DNA of 60,139 bases, filler included, from Candidatus Woesearchaeota archaeon (GTDB taxonomy: Archaea > Nanobdellota > Nanobdellia > Woesearchaeales > GCA-2685855): assembly GCA_002685855.1 (NCBI GenBank). It is 5 parts of 5 records of this genome, joined end to end, with 100 filler letters (N's around TTAATTAATTAA, not from the genome) between each part and the next. Parts side by side here need not be neighbours in the genome. Positions count along the whole stretch, not along the records: positions 48,561 to 60,139 come from NYYS01000044.1; 4 more parts are not named here. The stretch is one strand, 5' to 3'. Position 1 is the first letter of the stretch. Each line of letters opens with the position of its first letter. This document shows positions 50,107-60,139 of the stretch, piece after piece. The translations under genes were made by a program, and so were the position numbers. The notes under the pieces were generated by a model. The model ran no database searches and was not told the origin of the DNA. It saw nothing but the letters and a program-made list of their open reading frames with translations.

Positions 50107-52119
50107 ATGAAAGCACAAAAAACAATCGTTTCAGGACTCATCTTTTTCTGCTTAGTACTCTTGACAGTACAAAGCGCACTTGCAACCACATTAACACTTG
50201 GTACTGCATCTGTCGATGTCAATGAAAATGAAACTGCGACAATCGATCTTACTGCACTTACAACCTATGATGGGAACGAAACACTCCAATACACAGACAA
50301 TGTAAGTTTTGGCCAAATACTAGAGGGCTACCCAGTTCTCTTTGAGTGGAATACTTCCTTTACAGATGCAGGCGTTTACGATATTCTATTTACAGTAGAA
50401 GAACTGGGAGGAAACCTAACAAAGGATTCAAACACATCCACAATCACTGTAACGGATGTCAATCGCCCCCCAACATTCACAAGCACCCCTATAACAACCG
50501 GCCTCGAAGGAGTAGCATACACCTACGCTGCAGTTGCCACAGATCCTGACAACGATCCCCTTACATACGCTCTTGTAACAGGACCGAGCGGAATGAACGT
50601 CAACGCAACATCAGGAGTAGTATCCTGGGCAAGCCCTACCATCGGAACCCACACAGTAAAACTATCAGTAGATGATGGAAATCTGGGAACAGACGAACAG
50701 GAATACACACTTACAATATCGGAGGTAAGCGGAGCTAACCTCACACTCGATATGTCAACAGTCCTCTTAGGCGGAGAAAACCAGGAACGTGCACAATCGA
50801 TCGAAAAAACAATCACCATCAAGAACGAAGGAGATGAAACAGCAACAAACATCGTTCTATCATCTGAAATCCTATCAGGATATGCAGGAAAAACAGAGAT
50901 CAACATCAGCCCTTCAACAATCACCAGCCTTGCACCAGGCGCAACAACTACATTCAAGATAACAGGACTCATTCCTCTAAACCTTGACGCAGTTGATGAA
51001 AATCTGGATCCTGCATCATTCAACGTCGCAACCCTATCTGTTGCAGCAGATGCACTCGTTGCAACAACAACAGACATTAAAATGCAGGCAGAAAACAACC
51101 TTGACTTTGATAACGTCTACCTTTACATTAACACAAAAAGAGAAAAGGTCGAAGACGGAGACAACGTCGATGATGTTGAACCCGGAGACGAACTCGAACT
51201 CGAAATCAAAGTAGAAAACACCTTCAGCGACAACGGAAATTGCGATAAAGATGGTGGTGACTGCACAATAGAAGACATCGAAGTAGAACTTGTTTCCAGC
51301 GATGATGACGAATTCGACTTTGAAGACGACGACAACATCGGAGACATAAAAGCAAAAAAAGATGACACTATCAGCTTCTTCTACGATGTCGACAAAGACG
51401 TTGATGAAGATGACTACACACTAACCCTATCTGCATTCGGAGATGATGAAAACGGCGCAAAACACGGATTATACATCGAATTCGATGTAGAGATCGAGAA
51501 AGAAAATGATGTTGTAGATATCGACGCCGTGGATGTAACACCATCAACAATCGCATGCGGAGCAAGCCGACTCGTAACCTTTGAAATAAGAGTTGAAAAC
51601 CTTGGAACACAGGATCAGGACGAAGCAGTCATTGGAATATCAAACCTCGACCTCGTCATCGACGAAGAAACAGAACCTTTCGTACTCGATGAAGATGATT
51701 CCGAAACAAAAAACTTGCAAGCAATCATCCCAACAACCGCAGCAGCAGGAAGCTACATCTTCTCAATAAAAACGTTTTACGACTTTGACGAACCAAGCGA
51801 CTTCACAACAAGAACAGTAACAGTCGAAGAGTGTACAACCACACCTCCCCCACAAGAACCTGAAGAGCCTGAAGAAGAGCCTGAAGAAGAACCAGAAGAA
51901 ACCACAACCACTCCAGATAATGGTATCTCTGTAAACGTCGGCTCTCAACCAGAAGACACACAAGAGGGATTCACAGGCGCAGTTACCTACGGAGAACCTG
52001 TAGACGGTGGAGACATGTTCTTTGACGCAGCAAACCCTGCCTACCTCGGTGGAATGGTCGTGATTATTGTATTACTGCTCTTAGTAATCGTAGTCCTTGC
52101 AGCAAAGCTCATGAAATAA
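50107..52119 (+). CDS. Cell-surface protein with Ig/cadherin-like and CARDB-like domains and C-terminal TM
   Basis: Signal peptide, NRPPTFTS..ATDPDND.LTY Ig motif, PEE linker, terminal TM. Confidence 0.85.
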   Translation: MKAQKTIVSGLIFFCLVLLTVQSALATTLTLGTASVDVNENETATIDLTALTTYDGNETLQYTDNVSFGQILEGYPVLFEWNTSFTDAGVYDILFTVEELGGNLTKDSNTSTITVTDVNRPPTFTSTPITTGLEGVAYTYAAVATDPDNDPLTYALVTGPSGMNVNATSGVVSWASPTIGTHTVKLSVDDGNLGTDEQEYTLTISEVSGANLTLDMSTVLLGGENQERAQSIEKTITIKNEGDETATNIVLSSEILSGYAGKTEINISPSTITSLAPGATTTFKITGLIPLNLDAVDENLDPASFNVATLSVAADALVATTTDIKMQAENNLDFDNVYLYINTKREKVEDGDNVDDVEPGDELELEIKVENTFSDNGNCDKDGGDCTIEDIEVELVSSDDDEFDFEDDDNIGDIKAKKDDTISFFYDVDKDVDEDDYTLTLSAFGDDENGAKHGLYIEFDVEIEKENDVVDIDAVDVTPSTIACGASRLVTFEIRVENLGTQDQDEAVIGISNLDLVIDEETEPFVLDEDDSETKNLQAIIPTTAAAGSYIFSIKTFYDFDEPSDFTTRTVTVEECTTTPPPQEPEEPEEEPEEEPEETTTTPDNGISVNVGSQPEDTQEGFTGAVTYGEPVDGGDMFFDAANPAYLGGMVVIIVLLLLVIVVLAAKLMK

Positions 52120-52228
52120 AGAGCTTTTCTTTTTTCTTTTTTCATTAATAATTCTACCCGGCCTCTTTTATAAACAAAACACGCGCTTTCTGCGAAAACT
52201 TTTTAATTAAGACCATTCAATACCCCCT

Positions 52229-53131
52229 ATGGTACTCGAACACCTCTTTCCAGAAAACTGGCTCGAAAAAAAAAGCACCTATGCCTTTCTACTCGGAGGA
52301 GGCTACTCCATCATAGGTATTATCCTCTCATCACTCCTCTTCCCTTCAGACCCTGCACTCGTAGCAGTAGCATTCACAGCAATTCTCATGCTCCCAGAAC
52401 TCTACAAACTCTTCTCAATAGAAGAACACATGGAAGAAAAAGAAAAACGCTTCTCAATCAAACATCTCTGGAAAGATGAAAACAACTTCATCCGCATCTA
52501 CCTCTTCCTCTTCCTCGGCATCTTCATCATCTACTCCCTGGCAGCCATCGTCCTCCCTTCATTCCAGGTAAACAGCCTCTTCAGAGAACAGCTCGAAATG
52601 AGAGCCATCTCAGGAGATGCAACCCTCTCAGGAGAACCTCTCTCAACAGCTGCAGTAGGAGGTGCAACCTTTACAAAAGGCCTTTTCTGGGCAATACTCA
52701 TCAATAACTTCTGGGTCATGCTCGCCTGCTTTGTCATATCGCTCCTCACAGGAGATGGTGCTGTATTCCTTATAACCTGGAATGCTAGCGTGTGGGGCAC
52801 GATATTCGGTGTCACAGCAAGAAATGCAGCAGCAATCTCAGGATCCGAACCCTTCATCATGCTCGGACTCATCTTCCTCATCGTCTTCCCCCACATGATT
52901 CTGGAATCCCTCTGCTACATCCTTGCAGCAATCTCAGGAGGTCTCATCTCCAAAAGCTTCCTAACTGAAAAATTCGGCTCAAAAATATTTGACACAGTCA
53001 TGGAATATAATGTCTCGCTTTTTGTCCTAGCAATAATCTTCCTCCTCCTCGGTGCCCTTGTAGAAACCTTTGTACTTGACAACGCCACCTTCTACTTGCG
53101 CATTATCCAGATGAGCCTTCTCGCAGGATAA
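52229..53131 (+). CDS. SpoIIM-family membrane protein
   Basis: ILINN..V, WNASVWG, PHMILE, GALVET. Confidence 0.8.
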   Translation: MVLEHLFPENWLEKKSTYAFLLGGGYSIIGIILSSLLFPSDPALVAVAFTAILMLPELYKLFSIEEHMEEKEKRFSIKHLWKDENNFIRIYLFLFLGIFIIYSLAAIVLPSFQVNSLFREQLEMRAISGDATLSGEPLSTAAVGGATFTKGLFWAILINNFWVMLACFVISLLTGDGAVFLITWNASVWGTIFGVTARNAAAISGSEPFIMLGLIFLIVFPHMILESLCYILAAISGGLISKSFLTEKFGSKIFDTVMEYNVSLFVLAIIFLLLGALVETFVLDNATFYLRIIQMSLLAG

Positions 53132-53211
53132 ACCCTCAAACTACGCAACCACAACCTTTTTAAATAAAAGACTCTGAAATAAGGCATAATACTGTGTTGA
53201 GGTGAACCTAA

Positions 53212-53850
53212 ATGGCAAAAAATGAAACAGGACAAAAACTTGTCTATGTAAGTTTAGTGGCGATCGTGGCGATCGTAGCAATAGTTGTACTTCTAACAAG
53301 AGGCGGAACTTCCTCTGCTGCACAAACAGCAACAAGTCCCATCGTTCTTCTCTCTGACTCATCAACTGATGACAACCTGGGAGGACAAGCAATGTCAATT
53401 CCTAAACAAGGTTCAACATTCAGAGGAAATGGAAGACTTGAAGCAACAGGAAGCGGAATAATGTCCTTCAAAGGTGCAACATATGATGCGGGCTTGGATC
53501 TAACTCTTTCTGCATCAACAATCAAAATCTATGACTACGCAGGAGATTCAGTGGTTGAAGCAACCGGCTTTGGACTTCCAGAGCTTGAACAACCCGAAAA
53601 AGGCACACTAACAGCAAACGCAATCAGACAACCTGACAAAATTTATACCTATGAAGGAGATGGAAGCCTCTCAGCAACCGGCTCAAACATCGTCTTCATC
53701 ATCGAAGGAACGAATGCAGATGTAAGTCTCTACGGAGATGGAATCTACGCATTAAAAGGACATGGGTCAATGACATTTACCTGGTGGGATGGACGCATTG
53801 TAGGACCTCTTGTCTGGGGCGATGGTGATCAAATCCAACCAACAGAGTAA
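53212..53850 (+). CDS. Membrane-anchored hypothetical protein (paralog A)
   Basis: GAGGTGA RBS, TM, Gly/Thr-rich beta domain. Confidence 0.8.
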   Translation: MAKNETGQKLVYVSLVAIVAIVAIVVLLTRGGTSSAAQTATSPIVLLSDSSTDDNLGGQAMSIPKQGSTFRGNGRLEATGSGIMSFKGATYDAGLDLTLSASTIKIYDYAGDSVVEATGFGLPELEQPEKGTLTANAIRQPDKIYTYEGDGSLSATGSNIVFIIEGTNADVSLYGDGIYALKGHGSMTFTWWDGRIVGPLVWGDGDQIQPTE

Positions 53851-53889
53851 TTTTTTTCTTTTTTTTCATATTTTAAAGAGGTGAGTGAG

Positions 53890-54615
53890 ATGGCAAAAAA
53901 ACGAGCAAAGGCCAAAAAAAAGACCGTTGCAAAAAAGAAAACAACAAAAAAAGTTCCAGCAAAGAGAGCAGGAGCAAAGAAAGCAGCACCAAAGAAAAAA
54001 GCTAAACAATCAAGATCTAGAAAAACCGCAGCGCCCACAACAAAAACAACATCTGATAAAAATCTCTTTTACATCAGCGTTGCATCCATTGTTGCCATAC
54101 TCGTCATCGTACTACTCGTACTCAGAGGAGGAACAGGAGCAACCTCTGATGAAATAGATACAAACATCGGCGGACTTGCAGGCCTCATGGGTGACGGAGA
54201 AGGAAAATCCTTCCATGGCGGAGGAACGCTCGAAGTTCACGGATCAGGCAGTCTCCTCTTTGATGGTAGAACCATTGACACAGGAATAGATATCGAAGAC
54301 ATAACCGATGGAGTCGTCTACATCTACGACTATGCACACAATGCAAGAATATCTGCACAAGGCTTTGGAGAAAGAGAAGAAAAACTATCAGAACTCCCAG
54401 AACCAAACATCTACACATACACAGGAAATGGAACGCTTTCGCTACAAGGATCAAACCTTGTCTTTGATGCCCGTGGAGACAATGCAACAGTCTTCATAAC
54501 AGGACTGGGAAACTTTAAACTCCAGGGAGAAGGCTGGTTCACCTTTGAAAACTTTGCAGGCAAGAAAGTAGGACCCATCGCAATCAGCAGCGAACCAGGA
54601 CAATTTTCAGAATAA
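53890..54615 (+). CDS. Membrane-anchored hypothetical protein (paralog B) with Lys/Ala-rich N-terminal tail
   Basis: Aligns by eye with paralog A (IYDYA, IYTY.G.G.LS..GSN.VF). Confidence 0.8.
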   Translation: MAKKRAKAKKKTVAKKKTTKKVPAKRAGAKKAAPKKKAKQSRSRKTAAPTTKTTSDKNLFYISVASIVAILVIVLLVLRGGTGATSDEIDTNIGGLAGLMGDGEGKSFHGGGTLEVHGSGSLLFDGRTIDTGIDIEDITDGVVYIYDYAHNARISAQGFGEREEKLSELPEPNIYTYTGNGTLSLQGSNLVFDARGDNATVFITGLGNFKLQGEGWFTFENFAGKKVGPIAISSEPGQFSE

Positions 54616-54701
54616 CTTTTTTTTCTTTTTTATACTTTTTTTTAACTTCTCATCTATCTATTCTTTAACTATTGATTCAACTTTCAACTCTACCTTTCAG
54701 A

Positions 54702-55529
54702 CTACTTCTGCTCTAAGAACTTCTTCATAGTTTCAATAAAATCAATCGCTTCCTTACGATAGGAATCATACTGCTCACCACTAACCGTTCCAATCTCGTG
54801 ATGCGTAATCTGCTTATTCAGCGCATAAAACCGTCGCATGATTTGCGGATACTTACTAGACATATACCCTGTTTTCACCAACCGTTCATCAAGCAGATCA
54901 GCAACATGCTCAGGAGTAGGAGGAATCTCACCCACCTTCATCAACACAGAATGCGCAGCATCAATCACAGCCCAATAAAGATCAAGAGAAGCCTGAAGAA
55001 CATGCCACTTACTATTACTTAACGTCATTGGCGCCCGTGCAAAATAGGTATACATTGCCTCCTTGCTCGGACGAATCCTGCCCTGATACAACAAACGTTG
55101 CATCGGATCAAAAAAACCCGTATCAAGAATCGCCACACCATCCCGCAAAATATTAACTGCTACAGGATCACCATTCCTGACATACTCCCAAAAAGAAGAA
55201 AACTTCATCGATGTAATATGAATACGTGTTGAGATATGGGCAACAAGCTTCTCCACAATGACACGATAAATCTGAACCAACTCCTTGCTAAACTGAATAC
55301 TCACATCATCCAGAATCAACAAAAGATCAATATCGCCAATAGGCCCTTTCTTCCCACTCTGCTTCTTCCGAGCAGCACTCCCAAACAGAATAACGGCCTT
55401 AAGAAAATCACCAAACTCCTTCTGAGCCGCCTTAGTAAAACTAAACGCAACATCTGTAACAGCTTTATCATGCTTTTTCAGCTCTAATGCCTTCTTACGA
55501 AAGATCTCAAAGTCCATACACTCCTCCAA
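54702..55529 (-). CDS. Nucleotidyltransferase (MNT) fused to a HEPN-like helical domain
   Basis: LFGSAAR...GDIDLLLILDD; DLYWAVIDAAHSVL HEPN-like helix. Confidence 0.8.
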   Translation of the reverse strand: MEECMDFEIFRKKALELKKHDKAVTDVAFSFTKAAQKEFGDFLKAVILFGSAARKKQSGKKGPIGDIDLLLILDDVSIQFSKELVQIYRVIVEKLVAHISTRIHITSMKFSSFWEYVRNGDPVAVNILRDGVAILDTGFFDPMQRLLYQGRIRPSKEAMYTYFARAPMTLSNSKWHVLQASLDLYWAVIDAAHSVLMKVGEIPPTPEHVADLLDERLVKTGYMSSKYPQIMRRFYALNKQITHHEIGTVSGEQYDSYRKEAIDFIETMKKFLEQK

Positions 55530-55557
55530 ACATACTACACCATGCCCAACCCACTTC

Positions 55558-56136
55558 TTAAAGTTTTAGCACCACTTCAGAAGAGATACTCCTCAGATCA
55601 AATGAAAACACAGGAAGATCCTCCGCCCCAACCGAAACTCCTTTCCCCAACAAGGAAGGAAGATGCAGCCGCTCATACACCAACACAACACCCTTCACCT
55701 CCCTTGCCAGTTTCCTCTGAAAACTCAACAAAAAAGAACGATCAGGAAAAATACCCACACAATCAAACCCCGAAAGATCACTCTTCAAATAATCCCCCTG
55801 CTCAAACACAATACGATTCCGAGGAATCAAACCCTTCTCCTCCAACTCACCCTTAAACAACCTACTCCTCTCAACCAATTCATCATCCATCTCAATCCCC
55901 ACCGCCTCTGTAAACAAAGAAGCAAGAAAAACAACCCTGCCATCCCCACTCCCCAAATCAACAAAACGATCAAACCTCTCCAGACCAATACGCTCAAACG
56001 CAGAAAACCAACTCTCTAAGCTACTCACCCCCCAAATCCTTCCCTCCTTCTGCGCATACGGAACCCTCCCTTTAACACGCTCAGAACGATCAACTTCACA
56101 AAAAAAATCACGCAACCCCTCAAAGCCAGAAACCAT
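55558..56136 (-). CDS. Class I SAM-dependent methyltransferase
   Basis: FVDLGSGDGR, GIE.D, QGDY. Confidence 0.85.
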   Translation of the reverse strand: MVSGFEGLRDFFCEVDRSERVKGRVPYAQKEGRIWGVSSLESWFSAFERIGLERFDRFVDLGSGDGRVVFLASLFTEAVGIEMDDELVERSRLFKGELEEKGLIPRNRIVFEQGDYLKSDLSGFDCVGIFPDRSFLLSFQRKLAREVKGVVLVYERLHLPSLLGKGVSVGAEDLPVFSFDLRSISSEVVLKL

Positions 56137-58119
56137 CTACTCCAACGGTACCTCACTCCAGAAACTCCACTCATTACTCGGAGAATACGCCCCCACAACA
56201 TAAAATGGAGGTGCAGTTCCCCCATAATGACGCTGAAACATCCCACTAAAATTACCTCCTGCAGACGGAGGACCAATCGTACGAATAGGCGTACCCAAAT
56301 AACTCCACGTATCCGGAACAGTAGTCAACGGATTAAAACTTCCCGGCTCAATCACAAAATCAGAGATCCCTGCCTTTTCAAACTCCTTCAACAACTCCTT
56401 TATCGGAACATTCCCCTTTCCCGGTGTAAGATGCTCATCATCAAACCCAAAATTATCAGAAATATGAATATGACCCAAAACCCCCCTATCCCTCATCTTC
56501 CTTACCTTTTTTATCAGCCAACCCTTAAAACGTTCATCCCGCTGACTCTCACTTTCACCCTCCTTCCGAATAAGATGCTGCTTCCACTGATTAAGATGAC
56601 CAATATCCAACGTACTCTTAATATGATTTTTGGCCTTCTGCTCAGCCTCACTCTTGCTCATATGATAAAAATCCTGCAACTGCTTCGACATCTCAGCCCT
56701 GCTCGCCTCAACAAGCTTAATCAACTCATCAGGATGACCTCCAAACTGCTCAGTTTGCCAGTTCTCAGGAGCAATATACAGATCCTCCTTCAAATGCTTC
56801 CCCTTTGACTCCTGCTTCTGCATTGCAAAGATCCCCAAACGCGCAAGACTATCCGCAGTCTTTGCCAACCCAACCTTCTCAATAGGCTGAAGATTCTTCA
56901 ACAGCTCCTCACTCTCCTTCGCCTTTGCATCTGCCGCCGAAGATGCCTCATGAATATGCCGCATCCGATCAGTTGTTTCCTTTAAATTATCTCTAAGAAA
57001 CTGAGAAGGCATCTTTGTATCAGGAGGTATGAGATTTCCTGCTCCAAACTGCTGCAACATCTTCCAACGTTCCTTTTCGGGAATACTTTCCTCTAAACTC
57101 TCATAAAACTTAAGAGCCTTTAAAATTTTATCTCGCTGTTCCTTTGAGCTATCATAGTTCCCTGCGTAGAACAAACTGCTTCCCTTTGCCTGAAGAATAT
57201 TGTTCTCTATCTGTGTTCTGGAAAACATCTCTGCCGGAGTCCTTTTATTATTAGGATGCTTCACATTCCACTCTTCCGCCTCATCTACAAAATCCTTCCA
57301 GGTCTTTCTTCGAACCTCGAACCGGGTATGTTCCTTATTCCATTCAGGAACCCGTTCAAATAACTTATCTGAATCAGCCGGATCGATCCAGTTATTATCA
57401 ATATCGACCCAGTCGTTCTCCTCAAACAGATGACCATTCGCATCCCTCTTCCCTGCCATTCCCACATCCTTTGCAGTCTTGTACACCGGCTCAAACAGCT
57501 CCTGATCCTTGCTAATAGCCCCAACAAACTGACCCGTTCGCTTGTCCACCATATACATCGTCGCCCGCTTCTCCTCATCAGGATAGGCCTCAAACCCCTC
57601 GGACTTCTTATAATCCTCAGAGATAGGACGATTCCACTCACCCGTATGAATAACAATCGCTCCACCCGTCGTCGCCTCAGCAGCAAAATCGATCGCCTTC
57701 CGCACCTCCTTCAGATTTTGCTCACGTGCAGCATCATTAAAACCCCTATCACTCAACCCCGAAAACCCCTGAACAGAAAACGTAGCGTGCGTACTTGTCT
57801 TTACCTCGTTCAACTCCGCAAGCCGACGCATCTGCTCCCTTGTCTCAGCATCATAACTCTCCGGAGTAGGAGCCTGAGAACTTCCCTTACCCTTCCCAGG
57901 GAAATTAAACTCAATCTTCCCAATACCCTCCCGAATCCGAGCCTGCATCGCCTGCAACTGATTCTGAAACGGATTCGCTGACGTACCCAAATGTTCAGGC
58001 CCAAAATTAACAGCAGTCTCTGTAGGCGGAACAACATCCTCAGCAGGCTCATTAATCAGATCACTGCCAAGATAATAGCCACGATCCATGCTATGAAAAT
58101 ACTCATTATTAAAAATCAT
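56137..58119 (-). CDS. Xylose isomerase/endonuclease IV-like TIM-barrel protein with large insertion
   Basis: STHA, VIHTGE, IAPEN, TLDIGH, HIHISDN..DEHL.PG.G..P, VIE. Confidence 0.82.
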   Translation of the reverse strand: MIFNNEYFHSMDRGYYLGSDLINEPAEDVVPPTETAVNFGPEHLGTSANPFQNQLQAMQARIREGIGKIEFNFPGKGKGSSQAPTPESYDAETREQMRRLAELNEVKTSTHATFSVQGFSGLSDRGFNDAAREQNLKEVRKAIDFAAEATTGGAIVIHTGEWNRPISEDYKKSEGFEAYPDEEKRATMYMVDKRTGQFVGAISKDQELFEPVYKTAKDVGMAGKRDANGHLFEENDWVDIDNNWIDPADSDKLFERVPEWNKEHTRFEVRRKTWKDFVDEAEEWNVKHPNNKRTPAEMFSRTQIENNILQAKGSSLFYAGNYDSSKEQRDKILKALKFYESLEESIPEKERWKMLQQFGAGNLIPPDTKMPSQFLRDNLKETTDRMRHIHEASSAADAKAKESEELLKNLQPIEKVGLAKTADSLARLGIFAMQKQESKGKHLKEDLYIAPENWQTEQFGGHPDELIKLVEASRAEMSKQLQDFYHMSKSEAEQKAKNHIKSTLDIGHLNQWKQHLIRKEGESESQRDERFKGWLIKKVRKMRDRGVLGHIHISDNFGFDDEHLTPGKGNVPIKELLKEFEKAGISDFVIEPGSFNPLTTVPDTWSYLGTPIRTIGPPSAGGNFSGMFQRHYGGTAPPFYVVGAYSPSNEWSFWSEVPLE

Positions 58120-58128
58120 ACAGACACC

Positions 58129-58812
58129 TTAAGGAGTATAATCAACCTCACTTATATACCCCGCAAGCCTATTTAAAACCGTTTCGGTCCGTTGGCCTAG
58201 ATTATACAACTCAATCCCTTGTGCATGAGCACTCAAACTAATAACCTGCTCCTGAATAGCAGAAACAACCTCGCTAAGATCTTTTTGTTCCCCCTCACTA
58301 AAATTATCAGTAATATCCTTAAGAGAATCATAGGCAGTGTTCAATGCCTGAACAGCAGCACTCTCATCAATACCCTTTCCACCCCCTCCATCTGAAATAT
58401 GCTTCAAACCCTGATAGACCTTCCCCAACTCATACAAATCAGCAGGATTTTCAGATCTTTCCTCAGGAGCACCATACTCTCTAAATTCAGCACGGACAAC
58501 AGCATCCTCCTCTTCACTAACAGATTCCGGCTCTTCTTCTTCCTCTCCTCCCACAACTTCCGGCTCTTCTTCCTCCTTATCTGCCTTTTTTTTGGCTTCC
58601 TCCTTTGCCTTTTCCTCCTCGAAATGACGCTGCTCCTCAAAGTGCATATCACTAATAGAATCCATAATCGCCTGCTCAGTAGACTTCAATGTAGTCTCTT
58701 TCTCTTTTGCAAGCTCCTCAAGCTCCCTCCTCTTCTCCTCCTGAAGTTCACGCAACCGTTTCAGTCGCTCAGAAGGAGACAAATCCTTTAACTCAGTATC
58801 ATATTTGGCCAT
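58129..58812 (-). CDS. Acidic coiled-coil hypothetical protein
   Basis: Likely start MAKYD at 58812, 1 nt after the upstream stop. Confidence 0.75.
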   Translation of the reverse strand: MAKYDTELKDLSPSERLKRLRELQEEKRRELEELAKEKETTLKSTEQAIMDSISDMHFEEQRHFEEEKAKEEAKKKADKEEEEPEVVGGEEEEEPESVSEEEDAVVRAEFREYGAPEERSENPADLYELGKVYQGLKHISDGGGGKGIDESAAVQALNTAYDSLKDITDNFSEGEQKDLSEVVSAIQEQVISLSAHAQGIELYNLGQRTETVLNRLAGYISEVDYTP

Positions 58813-58813
58813 C

Positions 58814-60139
58814 TTACCAGGTAATAAGTTTGTGCGCCTTCTTATAGTTTTTGAACACAGCCCAGGCAGCACCCTCTGCAGACGCAGCAGCTTTCTTCAT
58901 AGCCCCTTTACTCGGTGGAGGTTTAACGCCACTCGAAAAATTCAGGTTCAAAGGCAGTAACGCACCAAACATCTCCCTCACCCCAGAAAAAACTCCTATA
59001 AACGGTTCCATACTTTTAGAAAATTCGGCTTTCGCACTCCTCGGAGCATTCTTCTCAGCCTCTGCCTTCTCCCGTTCAGCCTTCTTCTCCTTTGCCCAAG
59101 GCTCCTCTGCCTCCAACAGATACTCCTCTAATTCTGAACCCAACGCTTCCATCGCCGCATTAACAGACTCATCAACCAACCCCAACAACTCAAGATCCTC
59201 ATCCATCCGATACTTCTTATACGCCTCAATCATAGCATCGGTCCACCCATACACACGAAACGTAACCTCAGTCTTCCCAACATGAATCGGACCCTGCTGA
59301 TACTCCTGACGATAACTCATACTCGGTCGTGTACGATAATTAAACGTAGCCAAAATAACCGGCCACACACCCTTTGTTTTTTCCTTCTTAAACAAAACCT
59401 CTATCTCGATCATACTCGTCTCAAACGCAGAAATCATCTCAGGATGATCCTGATGCCTCTCCCGCATATTCAACCGCTTCACATTCCGCAAATACGGCTT
59501 CACCCAACTCATATACATCTTAATAGTATTCCAATGCTGCCGCAAATAGCGGGTTGTAAACTTCATCCTGCTTTCCAACTCGACCTCAGTATTCTTCACC
59601 CACGTAAGATATGAAAACAACTTCCTCTTCAGCACATTCTTAATAGACTTATTAAACTTAAGATTCTCCACAGTCCGATCAATAACCTTGTCGACATCCT
59701 CTCTTGCATACACATGCGTATTAAAAAAAAGATCCGGCAAGATCGTAAACCCCACCTGCTGAGACATCCCATACACCGAACCAGGATTCTTTGTTCCCCC
59801 TTCAACCAGATCAATATAGATCCCCTTCAACGTAACATCAGCAGTCTTACTCTTCCCCCACGCCTTGTACGGCTCCAGCCTCTCCTTAATAATCCTAATC
59901 TCACGCACAATCTGAAACATATCCTTAACCATCTTCCCAATACTCGCAAGATACTGAGACGCCTTTTCCTGCTGCAAACTCAACCGTTGCGCGCTCTGCC
60001 CCCAAAACGCAGAATTCTCAGAAGCAGAAAACACATCAACGATCTTATCAGCATATGGACAGGCCATATCCTGACGAAAATGCGTATAACACCAATAATA
60101 CACCTCCTCAACACTCTGATTAAAAAACTCTAAAACAAG
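58814..60139 (-). CDS. Hypothetical protein (5' truncated by the window end)
   Basis: Frame open to 60139 (LVLEFFNQSVEEVYYW...); first visible gene of a tightly packed operon. Confidence 0.85.
   Translation of the reverse strand, partial: LVLEFFNQSVEEVYYWCYTHFRQDMACPYADKIVDVFSASENSAFWGQSAQRLSLQQEKASQYLASIGKMVKDMFQIVREIRIIKERLEPYKAWGKSKTADVTLKGIYIDLVEGGTKNPGSVYGMSQQVGFTILPDLFFNTHVYAREDVDKVIDRTVENLKFNKSIKNVLKRKLFSYLTWVKNTEVELESRMKFTTRYLRQHWNTIKMYMSWVKPYLRNVKRLNMRERHQDHPEMISAFETSMIEIEVLFKKEKTKGVWPVILATFNYRTRPSMSYRQEYQQGPIHVGKTEVTFRVYGWTDAMIEAYKKYRMDEDLELLGLVDESVNAAMEALGSELEEYLLEAEEPWAKEKKAEREKAEAEKNAPRSAKAEFSKSMEPFIGVFSGVREMFGALLPLNLNFSSGVKPPPSKGAMKKAAASAEGAAWAVFKNYKKAHKLITW

Noticed and set aside
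51855..51900. Tandem GAAGAGCCTGAA-type repeats
   Set aside because: Encode an EPEE linker; not a CRISPR or regulatory repeat
55542..60133. Many long + strand ORFs antisense to the final operon
   Set aside because: Expected from the A/C-rich strand having few stop codons; low-information translations
1..60139. CRISPR array, cas genes, rRNA, integrase, reverse transcriptase
   Set aside because: No regularly spaced repeats or recognisable motifs seen by eye

Overview
The window is five unrelated contigs joined by artificial 100-nt spacers (N-run/TTAATTAATTAA/N-run at 18863-18962, 26108-26207, 38554-38653, 48461-48560). Contigs 1, 2, 3 and 5 are archaeal and look like DPANN/Woesearchaeota (aIF-1A, S8e, L37e, Sm, S-layer, NIP7-like, GGTGA/GAGGTG ribosome sites, TATA boxes). 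Contig 4 (38654-48460) is a bacterial origin region (dnaA, rpmH, yidD, yidC, mnmE, mnmG, mfd, two DnaA boxes, two parS sites), probably a mis-binned contig, and it lacks rnpA at its usual position. Main observations: (1) a tRNA-Leu(TAG) with three BHB-type introns (D-loop, 37/38, variable arm); (2) an RHS/TcB-like toxin shell split into two genes in reversed order, with a ParB-like toxin tip and no adjacent immunity gene; (3) a B12-radical SAM enzyme with a Cys-less HesB/IscA domain inserted, resembling a gene 1.5 kb away; (4) a convergent RelE / small antitoxin-like pair; (5) an nrdJ-cobO-orf-nrdR operon with tandem NrdR boxes in an archaeon; (6) a Na/K-ATPase-type P2C pump. All calls come from manual motif recognition; no searches were run.
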